A DNA stretch of 64,000 nucleotides. It comes from an uncultured Rhizobium sp. (GTDB taxonomy: Bacteria; Pseudomonadota; Alphaproteobacteria; SHVZ01). Both the position numbers and the translations under genes were made by a program. Where the stretch lies: assembly GCA_964655235.1 (NCBI GenBank), contig CAZZLX010000001.1, positions 1,842 to 65,841 on the forward strand. Reading direction: 5' to 3'. This document shows positions 9,008 to 18,916 of the stretch, piece by piece. Each line of letters starts with the position of its first letter. Position 1 is the stretch's first letter. The notes under the pieces were generated by a model. The model searched no databases and was not told where the DNA came from. It saw only the letters and a program-made list of their open reading frames with translations.

Positions 9008-10844
9008 GAAAGCTCGCGTCGAGCATCTCGATCACCTTAACGATGACGGCCGACCAATCACCAGGCGAGGGCTGACGGAAGAGCCGGACGCTCGGATACC
9101 AGGGGCTGTCCGTTCGATCGCGAAGCCAGCGCCAGTCCGGCGGCTCGTGCAGCAGCACCCATGTCGGCCGTCCGAGAGCGCCGGAGAGATGCGCGATCGC
9201 CGTATCCGAGGTGATCACCAGGTCGAGCTTCGATATCAGCGCCGCGGTGTCGGACATGTCGGAGACCAGGGGCATCGGGTCAGCCATGCCGTCCGGAAGC
9301 GGTTCCTCCTCCCTGCGATCGAGGACGAGGGAAAGGAGATGGGGGCCCGCGATCCGCAGCAGCGGCGATACGGCGGCATAGCCGGGAGAGCGGTGCCGAT
9401 CCATGCGGAAGCGCGGATTGCCCCGCCAGCAGATGCCGATGCGTGGCTGCGGAAGATCATCGATCTGCAAAGCCCAGGCCGCGACGGCGGTCGGGTCGGG
9501 AGCGAGATAAGAGGCGGCAACGGGAAGCGCGGCCAGGGTCGGTGCGAAGATGGCGCCGAGTTCCATCAAGCCGCAGGACAGGTCGACGGTACCAGGGTCG
9601 CTGCCGATGTCGATCACGCGCGAGACTCCGGGCATTCGGCCGATCAGGCCGTGGAGCGTGTGGGCGCATTCGACGATCACCGTGCTCACACGCTTCGCGG
9701 CTGACGGGATGAAACGCGCGAACTGGATGGTGTCCCCGAGAGCCTGTTCCGGCTCGGCGCGAAGCACCAGGCGAGCAGCGCGGTCGACACGTCCGTCCCA
9801 GGCGCGCGCGCCTGGCGTCGGCCGGAAGTGGCGGTGACTGACGCAGCGCCATCGGGCCGAGAATCCTCTCCAACCTGCCGCGCAGTCGCCGTCCAGAAGC
9901 GTGATCATCGAAAGATTGAGCGTGGCTTCCGGAAAATCCCGAGCGACGGCCTGCACACGGCGAAAGCGAACGGACGCGCCGCTCGTGTCACCGACTTCGA
10001 TGCGCCGGTTCCCCGAAAGAAGAAGGGAGTGAGCGAACGCCGGCTCCGCCGCCAGCGCGCGTCGCAGTCCTCGATCGGTGCTTGGAAAGTCGCCCGCAGC
10101 CGACGCCACGAGCGCGAGGTTGTGCCAGGCGGACGCCATCTCCGGCACGATCGTGCCTGCGCGTCGGAAGGCGCAGTCGGCGTCCCGAGAACTCTGGCCG
10201 CGATGGGCTTGGAGGCCCAGGACCAGCCAGCTACCGGCATCCGCCGGAAGCAGGAGCAGCGCTTGGCAGGCATGTCGTTTTGCCGCGTCGATCTCATCGC
10301 GCGCCAGGAGAGCCTCGGCCAGGGCACGCAATGTCGATCCGTCGTCGTCCGCCAAGGCCAAGGACCGATAGAGAGGCCCAGTGCCGTCGCCTCCGAGCGA
10401 CGACAAGGCGAAACCCAGATCCCGCCACCGCGCCGACGCGCCTGGATCGAGCGCCGTCGCGCGCCGAAGTGCGCGAACGGCGGCGAGAGGATTCGCGATG
10501 CGCTGCGCCACGGAGGCGATGTCGTTCCAGGTATCCGGCGAGTCGGGTCGGGCAGCGGCCGCCCGCTCCAGCATCCCCAGGCCGACCGCCGGGCCCTCTC
10601 CGAGATGCGCATAGGCGGCGAGGCGCCAAGCATCGGCATGGGCGGGCAGCTCGATAAGGATCAGCCGGGACTTCGATCGTGTAGCGCGGAGATCGCCGCG
10701 GGCATAGGCGTCGACGGCCTCGGCGAGAAGCGCGCCGGGCGTCGCCGGGTCATTGTCCCTAGACAATGCTTGTCCTAAACTCCTGCGTCTTGGGCCAGCG
10801 ATATAGCGGCCAGAAGGCCGGCGACGCAAGGCGACGGCGCCCAT
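8991..10844 (-). CDS. TPR-repeat protein with C-terminal GT9-like domain
   Basis: The true start is the internal ATG at 10844 (MGAVALRRRPSG...). The 325 aa upstream of it in the 942-aa ORF are Ser/Thr/Arg-rich antisense of gspE. The C-terminus has RIGICWRGNPRF...SPGYAAV...LVITSDTAIAHLSGALGRPTWVLL...DWRWL...SPWYPSVRLFRQ, which is RfaF/WaaC-like. Confidence 0.85.
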   Translation of the reverse strand: MGAVALRRRPSGRYIAGPRRRSLGQALSRDNDPATPGALLAEAVDAYARGDLRATRSKSRLILIELPAHADAWRLAAYAHLGEGPAVGLGMLERAAAARPDSPDTWNDIASVAQRIANPLAAVRALRRATALDPGASARWRDLGFALSSLGGDGTGPLYRSLALADDDGSTLRALAEALLARDEIDAAKRHACQALLLLPADAGSWLVLGLQAHRGQSSRDADCAFRRAGTIVPEMASAWHNLALVASAAGDFPSTDRGLRRALAAEPAFAHSLLLSGNRRIEVGDTSGASVRFRRVQAVARDFPEATLNLSMITLLDGDCAAGWRGFSARWRCVSHRHFRPTPGARAWDGRVDRAARLVLRAEPEQALGDTIQFARFIPSAAKRVSTVIVECAHTLHGLIGRMPGVSRVIDIGSDPGTVDLSCGLMELGAIFAPTLAALPVAASYLAPDPTAVAAWALQIDDLPQPRIGICWRGNPRFRMDRHRSPGYAAVSPLLRIAGPHLLSLVLDRREEEPLPDGMADPMPLVSDMSDTAALISKLDLVITSDTAIAHLSGALGRPTWVLLHEPPDWRWLRDRTDSPWYPSVRLFRQPSPGDWSAVIVKVIEMLDASFPIRRQ

Positions 10845-10887
10845 TCCGTGTGCGACAGGACATGACGATTCCGAGGATGCTCCCCGG

Positions 10888-12633
10888 TTGACCCTCACCA
10901 CGTCACAACATGTCGGCTCTGCGCATCCGGCGCCCTCGCTGTCGCCGCGGATTGGCGAGCTGTTGATCGCGAAAGGCGCGATCGGCCAGGAAGACCTCGA
11001 AAAGGCGCTGGCGTTCCAGGCCGAGTACAGCGGTCGGCTCGGCAGCATCCTCGTCCGCATGGGCGCGCTGTCGGAAGCCGAGCTCCTGACCGTGCTCTCG
11101 GCGCAGCTCGGCATTCCGGTGCTCGAACCCGAGGAGGTTCCCAAGGCGACGCAACCGGTCCTCGCCGCGATCGAGCAGGCGAAGCTTCCGCTCGCCTGGT
11201 GGCTGGACCAGGAGGTCGTCGCCTGGGAAGCCGCGGACGGGCCGATCCACGTCATCGCTCGCGATCCGATGGAGGACAGCCTCGTCGAGATCATCGCCGG
11301 CGCCTTCGCCGGCCATGCGATGAGCTGGTTCCTCTGCCGCAACCAGGACGTCGACCACGGGCTCGAGCTGCTTCGCGCGATCAGCAGCGCCAACGAACGG
11401 GTCGGTGCCGACATCTCGCAGCTGCGCGAGATGGCCGATGAGGCCCCGGTCGTCGAGCTCGTCGCCAACACGCTTTCGCAGGCCTTCAACGAAGGCTCGT
11501 CGGACATCCATATCGAGCCGAGCGAGCGCAACTTCCGCATCCGCTTCCGCGTCGACGGCGTGCTACAGACCCGATTCACGCTGCCGCGCGAACGTTTCGA
11601 CGCCGTCGCCTCTCGCGTGAAGCTCATCTCGGGGATCGACATCGCCGAGCGTCGCCTGCCGCAGGACGGACGCATGAGCGCGCGGCTCAGCGGCAAGGAC
11701 GTGGACGTGCGCGTCTCCTCGGTCCCCGGCGTCTGGGGCGAGTCCATCGTGATGCGTCTTCTGCCGAAGGAGCGGAAGGCCTTCTCGCTGGATCGGCTCG
11801 GCATGGAAGCCGACCACATCGCGCTCTATGGCCAGGCGATCCAGGAGCCGCACGGGATCATCCTGGTCACCGGTCCGACCGGCTCGGGCAAGTCGACGAC
11901 GCTCTACGCCAGCCTGGAAGCCATCAACGACGGACAGCAGAAAATCATCACGGTCGAGGATCCGGTCGAATACAACGTCCCCGGGATCTCTCAGATCCAG
12001 GTCCATGCCGACATCGGCTACGACTTCGCGCGCGCGCTCCGCGCCATCCTGCGCCAGGATCCCGATACGATCATGATCGGCGAAATCCGTGACGTGGAGA
12101 CCGCGGCCATCGCGGTGCAATCGGCGCTGACCGGCCATCTGGTGTTCTCGACGCTTCACACCAACGATGCGCTCGGTGCGTTTACCCGCCTGATCGACAT
12201 GGGCGTCGAACCCTTCCTCGTCGCGACCTCCGTCCGCCTGGTGATGGCGCAACGCCTGGTTCGCAAGCTTTGCTCGGATTGTGCGACGCCCACCGAAGTG
12301 CCGGCGGAGATCATGACGGAGATCGCCGGGATCAGGCAGGCTCATCCGTCTCTTTTCACCAAGTCCGCGAACTTCCGTCATCCCAAAGGCTGCAGGGCCT
12401 GCCAGGGGATCGGATACAGGGGCCGGATCGCCGTCTACGAGATGGCGGTCGTGGAATCTGAGCTCCACGATGCCGTGCTGCGCCATGCGACGTCCCGCGA
12501 GCTCAAGCAGATCGCCGAGCGTGGCGGGCATCGCACCCTGCGCGAGGACGGTTTCATCAAGGTCTGGCGAGGCGAGACCAGCGTCGAGGAAGTGGCCCGC
12601 GTGACCGGTCTCGGCGAAACATCCGATGAGTAG
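10888..12633 (+). CDS. gspE: Type II secretion ATPase GspE
   Basis: N-terminal GspE_N-like domain (LGELLIAKGAIGQEDLEKALAFQAEYSGRLGSILVRMGALSEAELL). Walker A is GPTGSGKSTTLYA; Asp box and Walker B are present; the tetracysteine C-terminus is CSDC...CRAC. The start is TTG at 10888 per the ORF track and has not been verified. Confidence 0.9.
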   Translation: MTLTTSQHVGSAHPAPSLSPRIGELLIAKGAIGQEDLEKALAFQAEYSGRLGSILVRMGALSEAELLTVLSAQLGIPVLEPEEVPKATQPVLAAIEQAKLPLAWWLDQEVVAWEAADGPIHVIARDPMEDSLVEIIAGAFAGHAMSWFLCRNQDVDHGLELLRAISSANERVGADISQLREMADEAPVVELVANTLSQAFNEGSSDIHIEPSERNFRIRFRVDGVLQTRFTLPRERFDAVASRVKLISGIDIAERRLPQDGRMSARLSGKDVDVRVSSVPGVWGESIVMRLLPKERKAFSLDRLGMEADHIALYGQAIQEPHGIILVTGPTGSGKSTTLYASLEAINDGQQKIITVEDPVEYNVPGISQIQVHADIGYDFARALRAILRQDPDTIMIGEIRDVETAAIAVQSALTGHLVFSTLHTNDALGAFTRLIDMGVEPFLVATSVRLVMAQRLVRKLCSDCATPTEVPAEIMTEIAGIRQAHPSLFTKSANFRHPKGCRACQGIGYRGRIAVYEMAVVESELHDAVLRHATSRELKQIAERGGHRTLREDGFIKVWRGETSVEEVARVTGLGETSDE

Positions 12634-13834
12634 CTTCCGTTACGAGGCGATCAGCAGCGACGGCAGCCAGCTCGACGGAACGATCGCCGCGACCGACGAA
12701 CGCGAAGCGCATCGCGAGCTGAAGCGGCGAGGGCTTACCGCGCTTTCGATCGAGCGTACCGGCGAGGTGCGCGGGAAAACGAAGGGCCGGCGAGGCGGCC
12801 GCGTCACGCAGCGCGATTTGATCACCATCGTCGCCGAATTCGCCACCCTGCTGCAGGCGGGTCTTCCGATTGCGGATGCACTGGCGGCACTTGCCGATGC
12901 GGCGAGCAAGCCGATGCTCGCCGACGGGCTCACGGAGATCTCCCGGCGGCTCAAGCGGGGCGATCGCGTGCCCGCGGCGATCCGCGCCGGACTTCCCGGG
13001 CTTCCGGAATACGCCTATCTGCTGATCGAGGCGGGCGACCGCACCGGTCAACTCGCCCAGGCGCTCAAGGATACCGCCAAGCAGCTCGACTACGACGAGC
13101 GTGTGCGCCAGGACCTGCGCCAGGCTTTGACCTATCCGCTCTTCCTGGTGGCCGCCGGCGTCGCCGCCGTCATCTTCATCCTGACGGTCGTCGTGCCGCG
13201 CTTCAGCACCATGTTCGGCGCGCGCTTCAACGAGCTGCCGCTGCTTTCCCAGATCGTGATGTCGGCAGGCCTGTTCGCCAAAGACAATTGGCAGTGGCTG
13301 CTGATCGCGGCCGCCGTCGTGGCGGTCGGCGGCGCCATCCTCCTGCGTCGTCCGGAGGTCAGGATGGCGATCGCGGAAGCAGGGCTCCGCATCCCGGTGA
13401 TCGGTCCTTGGCTGCTCAACATCGAGACGGCGCGATGGGCGAACGTTCTGGCGACGCTGCTCGCCAATCGCGTCGCGCTGATGGATGCGCTCGATCTTGC
13501 CGGCAAGAGCGTCGGCGTACGCTCCCTGGCCGAGCGCTTGGACCAGGTGAAGCGAGTCGTTCGCGGAGGTGCCGCGCTGTCGCGGGCGCTGACCGACTAC
13601 ACGCCGTTCGATGCCGCCGCCATCGGTCTCGTGCGGGTCGGTGAGAAGGCCGGCAACATGCCCCAGATGCTGGGATCCCTCGGCGCCATGCTCGACGAGC
13701 AGAGCCGTGCCCGGATGAAGCGGGTCTTGGCATTGATCGAGCCGGTAGCGATATTGATGATCGGTGGCATCATCGGTGTCTTCGTGACCGCCATCATTCT
13801 CGCCATAACCAGCGTGAACACGTTGCCCCTATGA
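12626..13834 (+). CDS. gspF: Type II secretion inner-membrane platform protein GspF
   Basis: 402 aa with three TM segments and two GspF repeats. The ATG overlaps the gspE stop. Confidence 0.88.
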   Translation: MSSFRYEAISSDGSQLDGTIAATDEREAHRELKRRGLTALSIERTGEVRGKTKGRRGGRVTQRDLITIVAEFATLLQAGLPIADALAALADAASKPMLADGLTEISRRLKRGDRVPAAIRAGLPGLPEYAYLLIEAGDRTGQLAQALKDTAKQLDYDERVRQDLRQALTYPLFLVAAGVAAVIFILTVVVPRFSTMFGARFNELPLLSQIVMSAGLFAKDNWQWLLIAAAVVAVGGAILLRRPEVRMAIAEAGLRIPVIGPWLLNIETARWANVLATLLANRVALMDALDLAGKSVGVRSLAERLDQVKRVVRGGAALSRALTDYTPFDAAAIGLVRVGEKAGNMPQMLGSLGAMLDEQSRARMKRVLALIEPVAILMIGGIIGVFVTAIILAITSVNTLPL

Positions 13835-14295
13835 TCCAGTCCCCTCGTCCGATCCGGCTTCGCCGCGCCCTGCAGCACGGCTTCACGCTGCTCGAGATTC
13901 TCGTCGTCCTGGTCATCATCGGCCTGCTGGCCGGCCTGGTCGGTCCGCGTCTGCTGTCGCAGGTCGACCGCGGCAAGAACACGACCGCGGAAGCACAGAT
14001 CAAGATGCTGAAGAGCTCGCTGGAGACGATGCGCCTCGACCTCGGTCGTTTCCCCACGACCGAAGAGGGACTAGAATTTCTGGTGACCGCGCCCGCGGAT
14101 CCGGCGCTCCGCGCCAGGTGGGTCGGTCCATATCTGGACGGCAAGATCCCGCTCGATCCATGGGGAAACCCTTATCAGTATTCGGTGCCAGGTCGTGACG
14201 GACAGCCCTTCGCGCTCTACAGCTATGGCGGTGAAGGCAGGCCCGGCCCCGGTGGCGTGGTCGCCGGTATTGGATACCTGCCGCCGGCGAGATGA
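13831..14295 (+). CDS. gspG: Major pseudopilin GspG
   Basis: Prepilin motif G|FTLLEILVVLVIIGLLAG and T2SS-G signature DPWGNPYQY. ATGA overlap with the gspF stop. Confidence 0.9.
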   Translation: MIQSPRPIRLRRALQHGFTLLEILVVLVIIGLLAGLVGPRLLSQVDRGKNTTAEAQIKMLKSSLETMRLDLGRFPTTEEGLEFLVTAPADPALRARWVGPYLDGKIPLDPWGNPYQYSVPGRDGQPFALYSYGGEGRPGPGGVVAGIGYLPPAR

Positions 14296-14734
14296 CTCCG
14301 GCGGCTTCACGCTGCTGGAGATCCTGCTCGTCGTCGCGTTCGTCGGGCTGATGGTCGGCATCGCCGGACCGCGGCTGTCGACGATCTACGACCGTATGAT
14401 GTTCGCGTACCGCGAAACCGACCTGCTTCGGCAGATCAACGATCTCGGCGTCACCGCGCTCACGCGCGGCGCCGACATGCGCCTGTCGACGCAGCCGCCG
14501 ATGCCGCCCGCGAGCACGCGGCCCAACCGGCAGGCGCCCGCACCGCTCCGCTCGGCCGAGGAGGCGAAGCTCGCCCTTCCCGCCGGCTGGCAGTTGGTCG
14601 CCGAGCCGCCGATCGAGTATCGCCTGGACGGGTTCTGCAAGGGCGGACGGATCTCGATCATCGCCGGGGACCGCAAGTCGGATTGGCGGCTCGACGCGCC
14701 TCACTGCTTCGCGCAACCGACGGCCGCGCAATGA
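14270..14734 (+). CDS. gspH: Minor pseudopilin GspH-like (start uncertain; ORF extends to 14195)
   Basis: Contains GG|FTLLEILLVVAFVGLMVG. TTG at 14270 would give a 12-aa leader. Position and size fit GspH. Confidence 0.7.
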   Translation: MDTCRRRDDSGGFTLLEILLVVAFVGLMVGIAGPRLSTIYDRMMFAYRETDLLRQINDLGVTALTRGADMRLSTQPPMPPASTRPNRQAPAPLRSAEEAKLALPAGWQLVAEPPIEYRLDGFCKGGRISIIAGDRKSDWRLDAPHCFAQPTAAQ

Positions 14735-15174
14735 GCGCCGTGCGCAGGCAAAGCGGCTTCACCCTGCTCGAGGCTCTCGTGGCGCTCGTGCTGATCACGA
14801 TAACCCTGATCCCTCTCTACGAGTGGATCGGGCGTTCCCTGGGCGCAGCCGCCAAGATGGCCGACACCACGAAGCAGGCCGAAGCGCAGCTCGCGGCCCT
14901 GGCCGTCATCTCGCGCCTCAATCCGCTGGAGGAGGCGAGCGGGACCAGCGACGCCGGTCCGTATCGCGTGCGCTGGCAGGCGACCGCGAAGGTCGAGCCG
15001 GTCGACAATGTCGCCTATCCGCGCGGCATCGGCCTTTACCAGGTCGCCCTCTACGACGTTCGCGCCCAGGTCCTCAAGGACGGGGGCGTTTGGTTCGAGT
15101 TTCATGTCGATCAGATAGGGTATCGCCGTGTCCGCAACCCGATGGTCTTCCAGGCGCCGCCGCCCCAGCGCTAG
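14731..15174 (+). CDS. gspI: Minor pseudopilin GspI-like
   Basis: MSAVRRQSG|FTLLEALVALVLITITL. ATG at 14731 overlaps the gspH stop (ATGA). 147 aa. Confidence 0.8.
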   Translation: MSAVRRQSGFTLLEALVALVLITITLIPLYEWIGRSLGAAAKMADTTKQAEAQLAALAVISRLNPLEEASGTSDAGPYRVRWQATAKVEPVDNVAYPRGIGLYQVALYDVRAQVLKDGGVWFEFHVDQIGYRRVRNPMVFQAPPPQR

Positions 15175-15784
15175 GCGGCGGGCTGGCGGCTTCACCATCA
15201 TCGAGGCGCTCGTCGTCCTCATGATCGTCGGCTTCGCCGCGTCGATCCTGACGGACTCCCTGTCGCGGGTCTTCGATCTCCGGACGCGGCTCGCGGCCTA
15301 TCTCGATGCGGCTGCGTCCAGCCGCATGACGTTGAGCTGGCTTCGGCGCAGCGTCGCGGGCCTGATGCCGGACTTCGTCGACGGTTCGATCCGCTTCCGC
15401 GGTACCGCGGCTGAGTTCTCGGGCATTACGCTCTCGGCTCCCGGCGCAGATCCCGGCGTGCCGCAGCGTGTCGCGTGGCGCCTCGCCCCCGATGCCGCGA
15501 CCAAGGGTGTGCGCCTGGAGACGCAGGTCGCGGACGGCCCGTGGGTCGGCGTCGCCGCATGGCCGGAAAAGGCCGGCCGACTGAGCTACGACGGAGGCGA
15601 CGGTCAGTGGGTCGAGGAGTGGCCACCGACCTTCGCGACGCCGACGACGCCTCAGATCCCACGATACATCCGCATCGTGATCGGAGCCGGCGCCGACGCC
15701 TGGAGCACGACTCTCGCGTCGAACGGACCCCGCGAGGCGAGGGAGCGGACGGGCGACATCGCGCGCTCGGTGATCGGGCAATGA
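15128..15784 (+). CDS. gspJ: Minor pseudopilin GspJ-like
   Basis: Prepilin-like RRRAGG|FTIIEALVVLMIVG. The GTG start gives an unusually long Arg-rich leader. 218 aa. Confidence 0.75.
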   Translation: MSATRWSSRRRRPSARRRAGGFTIIEALVVLMIVGFAASILTDSLSRVFDLRTRLAAYLDAAASSRMTLSWLRRSVAGLMPDFVDGSIRFRGTAAEFSGITLSAPGADPGVPQRVAWRLAPDAATKGVRLETQVADGPWVGVAAWPEKAGRLSYDGGDGQWVEEWPPTFATPTTPQIPRYIRIVIGAGADAWSTTLASNGPREARERTGDIARSVIGQ

Positions 15785-16842
15785 GGCGCGGGACGCAGCA
15801 CGGGTTCATTCTGGTCCTGACGCTCGGGATGATCGCGGCGTTCGCCTTCGGCGCGTCGATCCTGGGCGAATGGGCCACCCGATCTCTGCGCGATGCCAGG
15901 GCTGCGCGCGAGCAGGCGTCGACCGAGCGGGCGATGATGTCCGCGAGGTCGAACCTCGTTTTCCAGCTGATGACCAACTTCCTCAGCCCCCGCGGACTGG
16001 AGCTGCCGGATTCCTTCGCGGGCGGCATGGAGATGCGGACCCAGGGGGCTGCCGACCCGCTCGGTGCCGCGACTCAGGGCTCGCGCCTGCTTCGCCTCGA
16101 CGGCCGCACCTACGTCTACGACGACGACATCATCGTCTCCGTCCAGGACGCGCGCGGCCTGTTGAACCTGAACGTCGTGCAGGAGATCGAGCTTTCCCGG
16201 CTGCTGACCCGCTTCGGGGTTCCGTTCGAAGTCCATCAGAGCCTGATCAACCGCCTCGCCGACTTCCGGGAGCCGGGCGATCTGGCGCGTCTCGGCGGCG
16301 CGAAGCGCCCGCAGTATCTCGAGGCCGGGCGCCCGCCGCCGCCGGGCCAGCCGCTGCAGACCCCCTGGCAGGCAGCGGCCATCCTTGGATGGGACGAGTA
16401 CCCGCAGCTCTGGCGCAATCCCGGCCTGCCGACCTACACCTCGGCAGGGATCGTCGTCGGCCTCAACGTGAACACTGCGCCGCTGGCGCTCCTCTCGGCG
16501 CTCTACGACATTCCGGAAGACCAGCTGCCGCGGCTGGAACAGGCACGGCAGTCGGTCATCCTGCACTCGGCGAACGACCTCGCGGCCTATGGCGCACGAT
16601 CGCCGCAAGGCGATCCGCTGCGCTTCATTTCGTTCCCGTCGGACACTTTCGTCGTGACCTTTTACGGGCGTCGCTTCGCTCGAAGAACCGTTATGTCTCT
16701 TGCGCTTACACCGAACGGGCTCAACCAGCCCTGGCGTATTGACTACGCTCTCGAAATGCCGTTCGGTACCGCCGATGGCCAGCGAATTCAAAGCACTGTG
16801 GCGCGATTTCCGGCCGTCATCGCCGATACTTCTCCACGTTGA
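15781..16842 (+). CDS. gspK: Minor pseudopilin GspK-like
   Basis: ATG at 15781 overlaps the gspJ stop (ATGA). MRRGTQHGFILVLTLGMIAAF is GspK-type (no conserved Glu5). 353 aa. Confidence 0.75.
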   Translation: MRRGTQHGFILVLTLGMIAAFAFGASILGEWATRSLRDARAAREQASTERAMMSARSNLVFQLMTNFLSPRGLELPDSFAGGMEMRTQGAADPLGAATQGSRLLRLDGRTYVYDDDIIVSVQDARGLLNLNVVQEIELSRLLTRFGVPFEVHQSLINRLADFREPGDLARLGGAKRPQYLEAGRPPPPGQPLQTPWQAAAILGWDEYPQLWRNPGLPTYTSAGIVVGLNVNTAPLALLSALYDIPEDQLPRLEQARQSVILHSANDLAAYGARSPQGDPLRFISFPSDTFVVTFYGRRFARRTVMSLALTPNGLNQPWRIDYALEMPFGTADGQRIQSTVARFPAVIADTSPR

Positions 16843-17839
16843 CAGGATCGAGAGTCCGCCGAAGCCGGGCCGCCAGGTCGCCGTCAGCCGGGCGCTGACG
16901 CCTTATCGGCGCCTGTCGCTCCCGAGCGGGATTCCGCCGGACAAGCGGCTGAATGCGCTGAGGTTGCAGGCGCTCGAGTGGGCGCCCTATGCACGCCCCG
17001 GAATGATGTTCGACCTTTCGGACGACGGAGCCGGGGTCTGGACCTGGGACAGCGATCGCGTGGAGAAGGTCGCGCGCGACAACGGACTCGATCCGGTCTC
17101 GCTCCGCTTCGTGCCCGAGACGGCGCTGCACCGGCCCATGGCTGAGGGACTGCGACTCGTCTCCTGTCTCGATGGGTTCGAGGGCCAAGTCTGGCGCGAC
17201 AAGCGCCTCATGGCGAGCCGCTGGTGGCCGTCGATACCGCCGGGCGAGGATTGGGTGCGGTTCCAGCGGGCCGCCGGGCTCGATCCCCATGCCGTATCGC
17301 CGGACCTCGCCGCGCCTGTGGCCGAGGAATGGCTTCGCAGCCCCTGGCCCCGCCGCGGCTTCGCTTGGTCCTTCAAAGGCATTCCAACAGGCCAGCTGGC
17401 TGCCGCCGCTGCCATGGTTTTCCTGGCGATCACCGCCTATCAGATCGGGGAAGTGGCCCATCTCGGCCGTGCGGTCGCCTCGCTGGCCCGGGCCAACGCG
17501 GCTCTCGCCGCGACCGCGAGGCCTCTCGAGACGGCACGTGCGCAGACCCTTGATGCGAACGCTCGCGCGCAGGCGATCTTCGCGCTCGAGAATCGCGACA
17601 ATCAGCTGACGCTGATGGCCCGTGTCGCCGAGCAGCTGCCGACCAACGGGACCCAGCTCACCAGCTGGACCTACCAGGACGGCGATCTCACGATCACGAT
17701 GGCGAGCGCGGCGCAGCCAATCGACAGCTCCTTCGTCATCCGCAAGCTTGAGGGGATTCCGAACTTCTCCGTGTCCCAGGTCGACCCGTCGGCCGACGGC
17801 AAGAGCCTGCTCGTCCGCATCAAGGTGCGGCCTAAATGA
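16775..17839 (+). CDS. gspL: GspL-like cytoplasmic-membrane T2SS component
   Basis: 354 aa with a single central TM (LAAAAAMVFLAITAYQIG) and a GspL-like domain organisation. Position is between gspK and gspM. Confidence 0.7.
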   Translation: MASEFKALWRDFRPSSPILLHVDRIESPPKPGRQVAVSRALTPYRRLSLPSGIPPDKRLNALRLQALEWAPYARPGMMFDLSDDGAGVWTWDSDRVEKVARDNGLDPVSLRFVPETALHRPMAEGLRLVSCLDGFEGQVWRDKRLMASRWWPSIPPGEDWVRFQRAAGLDPHAVSPDLAAPVAEEWLRSPWPRRGFAWSFKGIPTGQLAAAAAMVFLAITAYQIGEVAHLGRAVASLARANAALAATARPLETARAQTLDANARAQAIFALENRDNQLTLMARVAEQLPTNGTQLTSWTYQDGDLTITMASAAQPIDSSFVIRKLEGIPNFSVSQVDPSADGKSLLVRIKVRPK

Positions 17840-18435
17840 ACATTCTTTCGTCGCTGCAGGGCCTGGCCGCACGCTCCGGCGTCGGCACGGAGATCAAGGG
17901 CAATCGCCTCGTCAGGCTTGGCCTCCTCGCCGCGGCGGTGATCCTGTGGGCCAACGTGACTCTGCTTCTGTTCGACAAGACCCGCGAGCTCGAGGCGCGG
18001 ATCATGACGCTTGCCGAGGAACAGCGCCGCTTCGAGGCGATCGCCAAGGATCCGCAATGGCCGCAGCGTCAGGCGGCGTCGGAAGCCTTGGCCGAACGCG
18101 CGCTGCAGCGTCTTTGGCCGGCCGAGTCCGAGGCGATCGCCAGGGCCGACTTCCAGGAGTGGGTTCTGAAGACGGCGCGCGAGAGCGGACTTGGCCGTCC
18201 GACCGTGCGCGTCGAGCGTTCGGTCGTGACCAAGGGGCCTCCCGGCGCCGATCCGATCGCCGCCCAGCTTTCTGCCGATTTCACGCCGGAGGGACTCACC
18301 GAGTTCCTGAAAAGAATATCGACCGGCCCTCGGATTACCGTGGTGACGTCGCTTCGTGTACAGAAGACACCGGTGCCGCGGATCGATGCGGTCATCACGG
18401 CCTTTACGCGGTCGGCACCTGGAGCGACGTCCTAA
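17836..18435 (+). CDS. gspM: GspM-like T2SS component
   Basis: 199 aa with an N-terminal TM (LVRLGLLAAAVILWANVTLLLF) and a periplasmic domain. ATGA overlap with gspL. Confidence 0.7.
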   Translation: MNILSSLQGLAARSGVGTEIKGNRLVRLGLLAAAVILWANVTLLLFDKTRELEARIMTLAEEQRRFEAIAKDPQWPQRQAASEALAERALQRLWPAESEAIARADFQEWVLKTARESGLGRPTVRVERSVVTKGPPGADPIAAQLSADFTPEGLTEFLKRISTGPRITVVTSLRVQKTPVPRIDAVITAFTRSAPGATS

Positions 18436-18436
18436 A

Positions 18437-18916
18437 ATGGGCCCCGCCGTCTATCGGCTTCTCGCTTTGGGAGTACTGCTGGTCGCCGCTGCCGGCGTGC
18501 TCGGCTGGGTGCGCGCCGACACGCAGGCGAGACTCGGCGCGGCGAGAGGCGGCGAGCCTCCGGCGGTCACCCCGCCACCGCCGTCGACGGTCGCCGCGGA
18601 CCTTGCCGTCCTGGTGCAGCGACAGCCCTGGGGAGCCTCGGCCGCGCCTGCGCCGGTGGCGACCCAAGGAAGCGCGCAGCCGGAAGCACCGGCCGGCAAC
18701 TGGCGGGTCACCGGGATCATGAGCAGCGGAAACGATCGCTATGTGATCCTCATGGTGCAGCCGCAGCCCAACGCTCGCCACATTCTGCGCTATCTTCCCG
18801 TCGGTGAGCGTCTGCCGGACGGTCGGACGATCGAGCGTATCACCGGGGACACTATCCATCTGCGACGGGGAGACCAGGTCAGTGTCTTACGCCTCTATTC
18901 GCCGGGGCAGGGATGA
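18437..18916 (+). CDS. Small GspC/PilP-like secretin-interacting protein (HR domain only, no PDZ)
   Basis: 159 aa with an N-terminal TM and a Pro-rich linker. The C-terminus WRVTGIMSSGNDRYVILMVQPQ...YLPVGERLPDGRTIERITGDTIHLRRGDQVSVLRL resembles the GspC HR / PilP beta-sandwich. Lies immediately upstream of the secretin. Confidence 0.65.
   Translation: MGPAVYRLLALGVLLVAAAGVLGWVRADTQARLGAARGGEPPAVTPPPPSTVAADLAVLVQRQPWGASAAPAPVATQGSAQPEAPAGNWRVTGIMSSGNDRYVILMVQPQPNARHILRYLPVGERLPDGRTIERITGDTIHLRRGDQVSVLRLYSPGQG

Noticed and set aside
8991-11819. 942-aa minus-strand ORF
   Set aside because: The N-terminal 325 aa are Ser/Thr/Arg-rich antisense of gspE. The true start is the internal ATG at 10844, 43 bp from the divergent gspE start.
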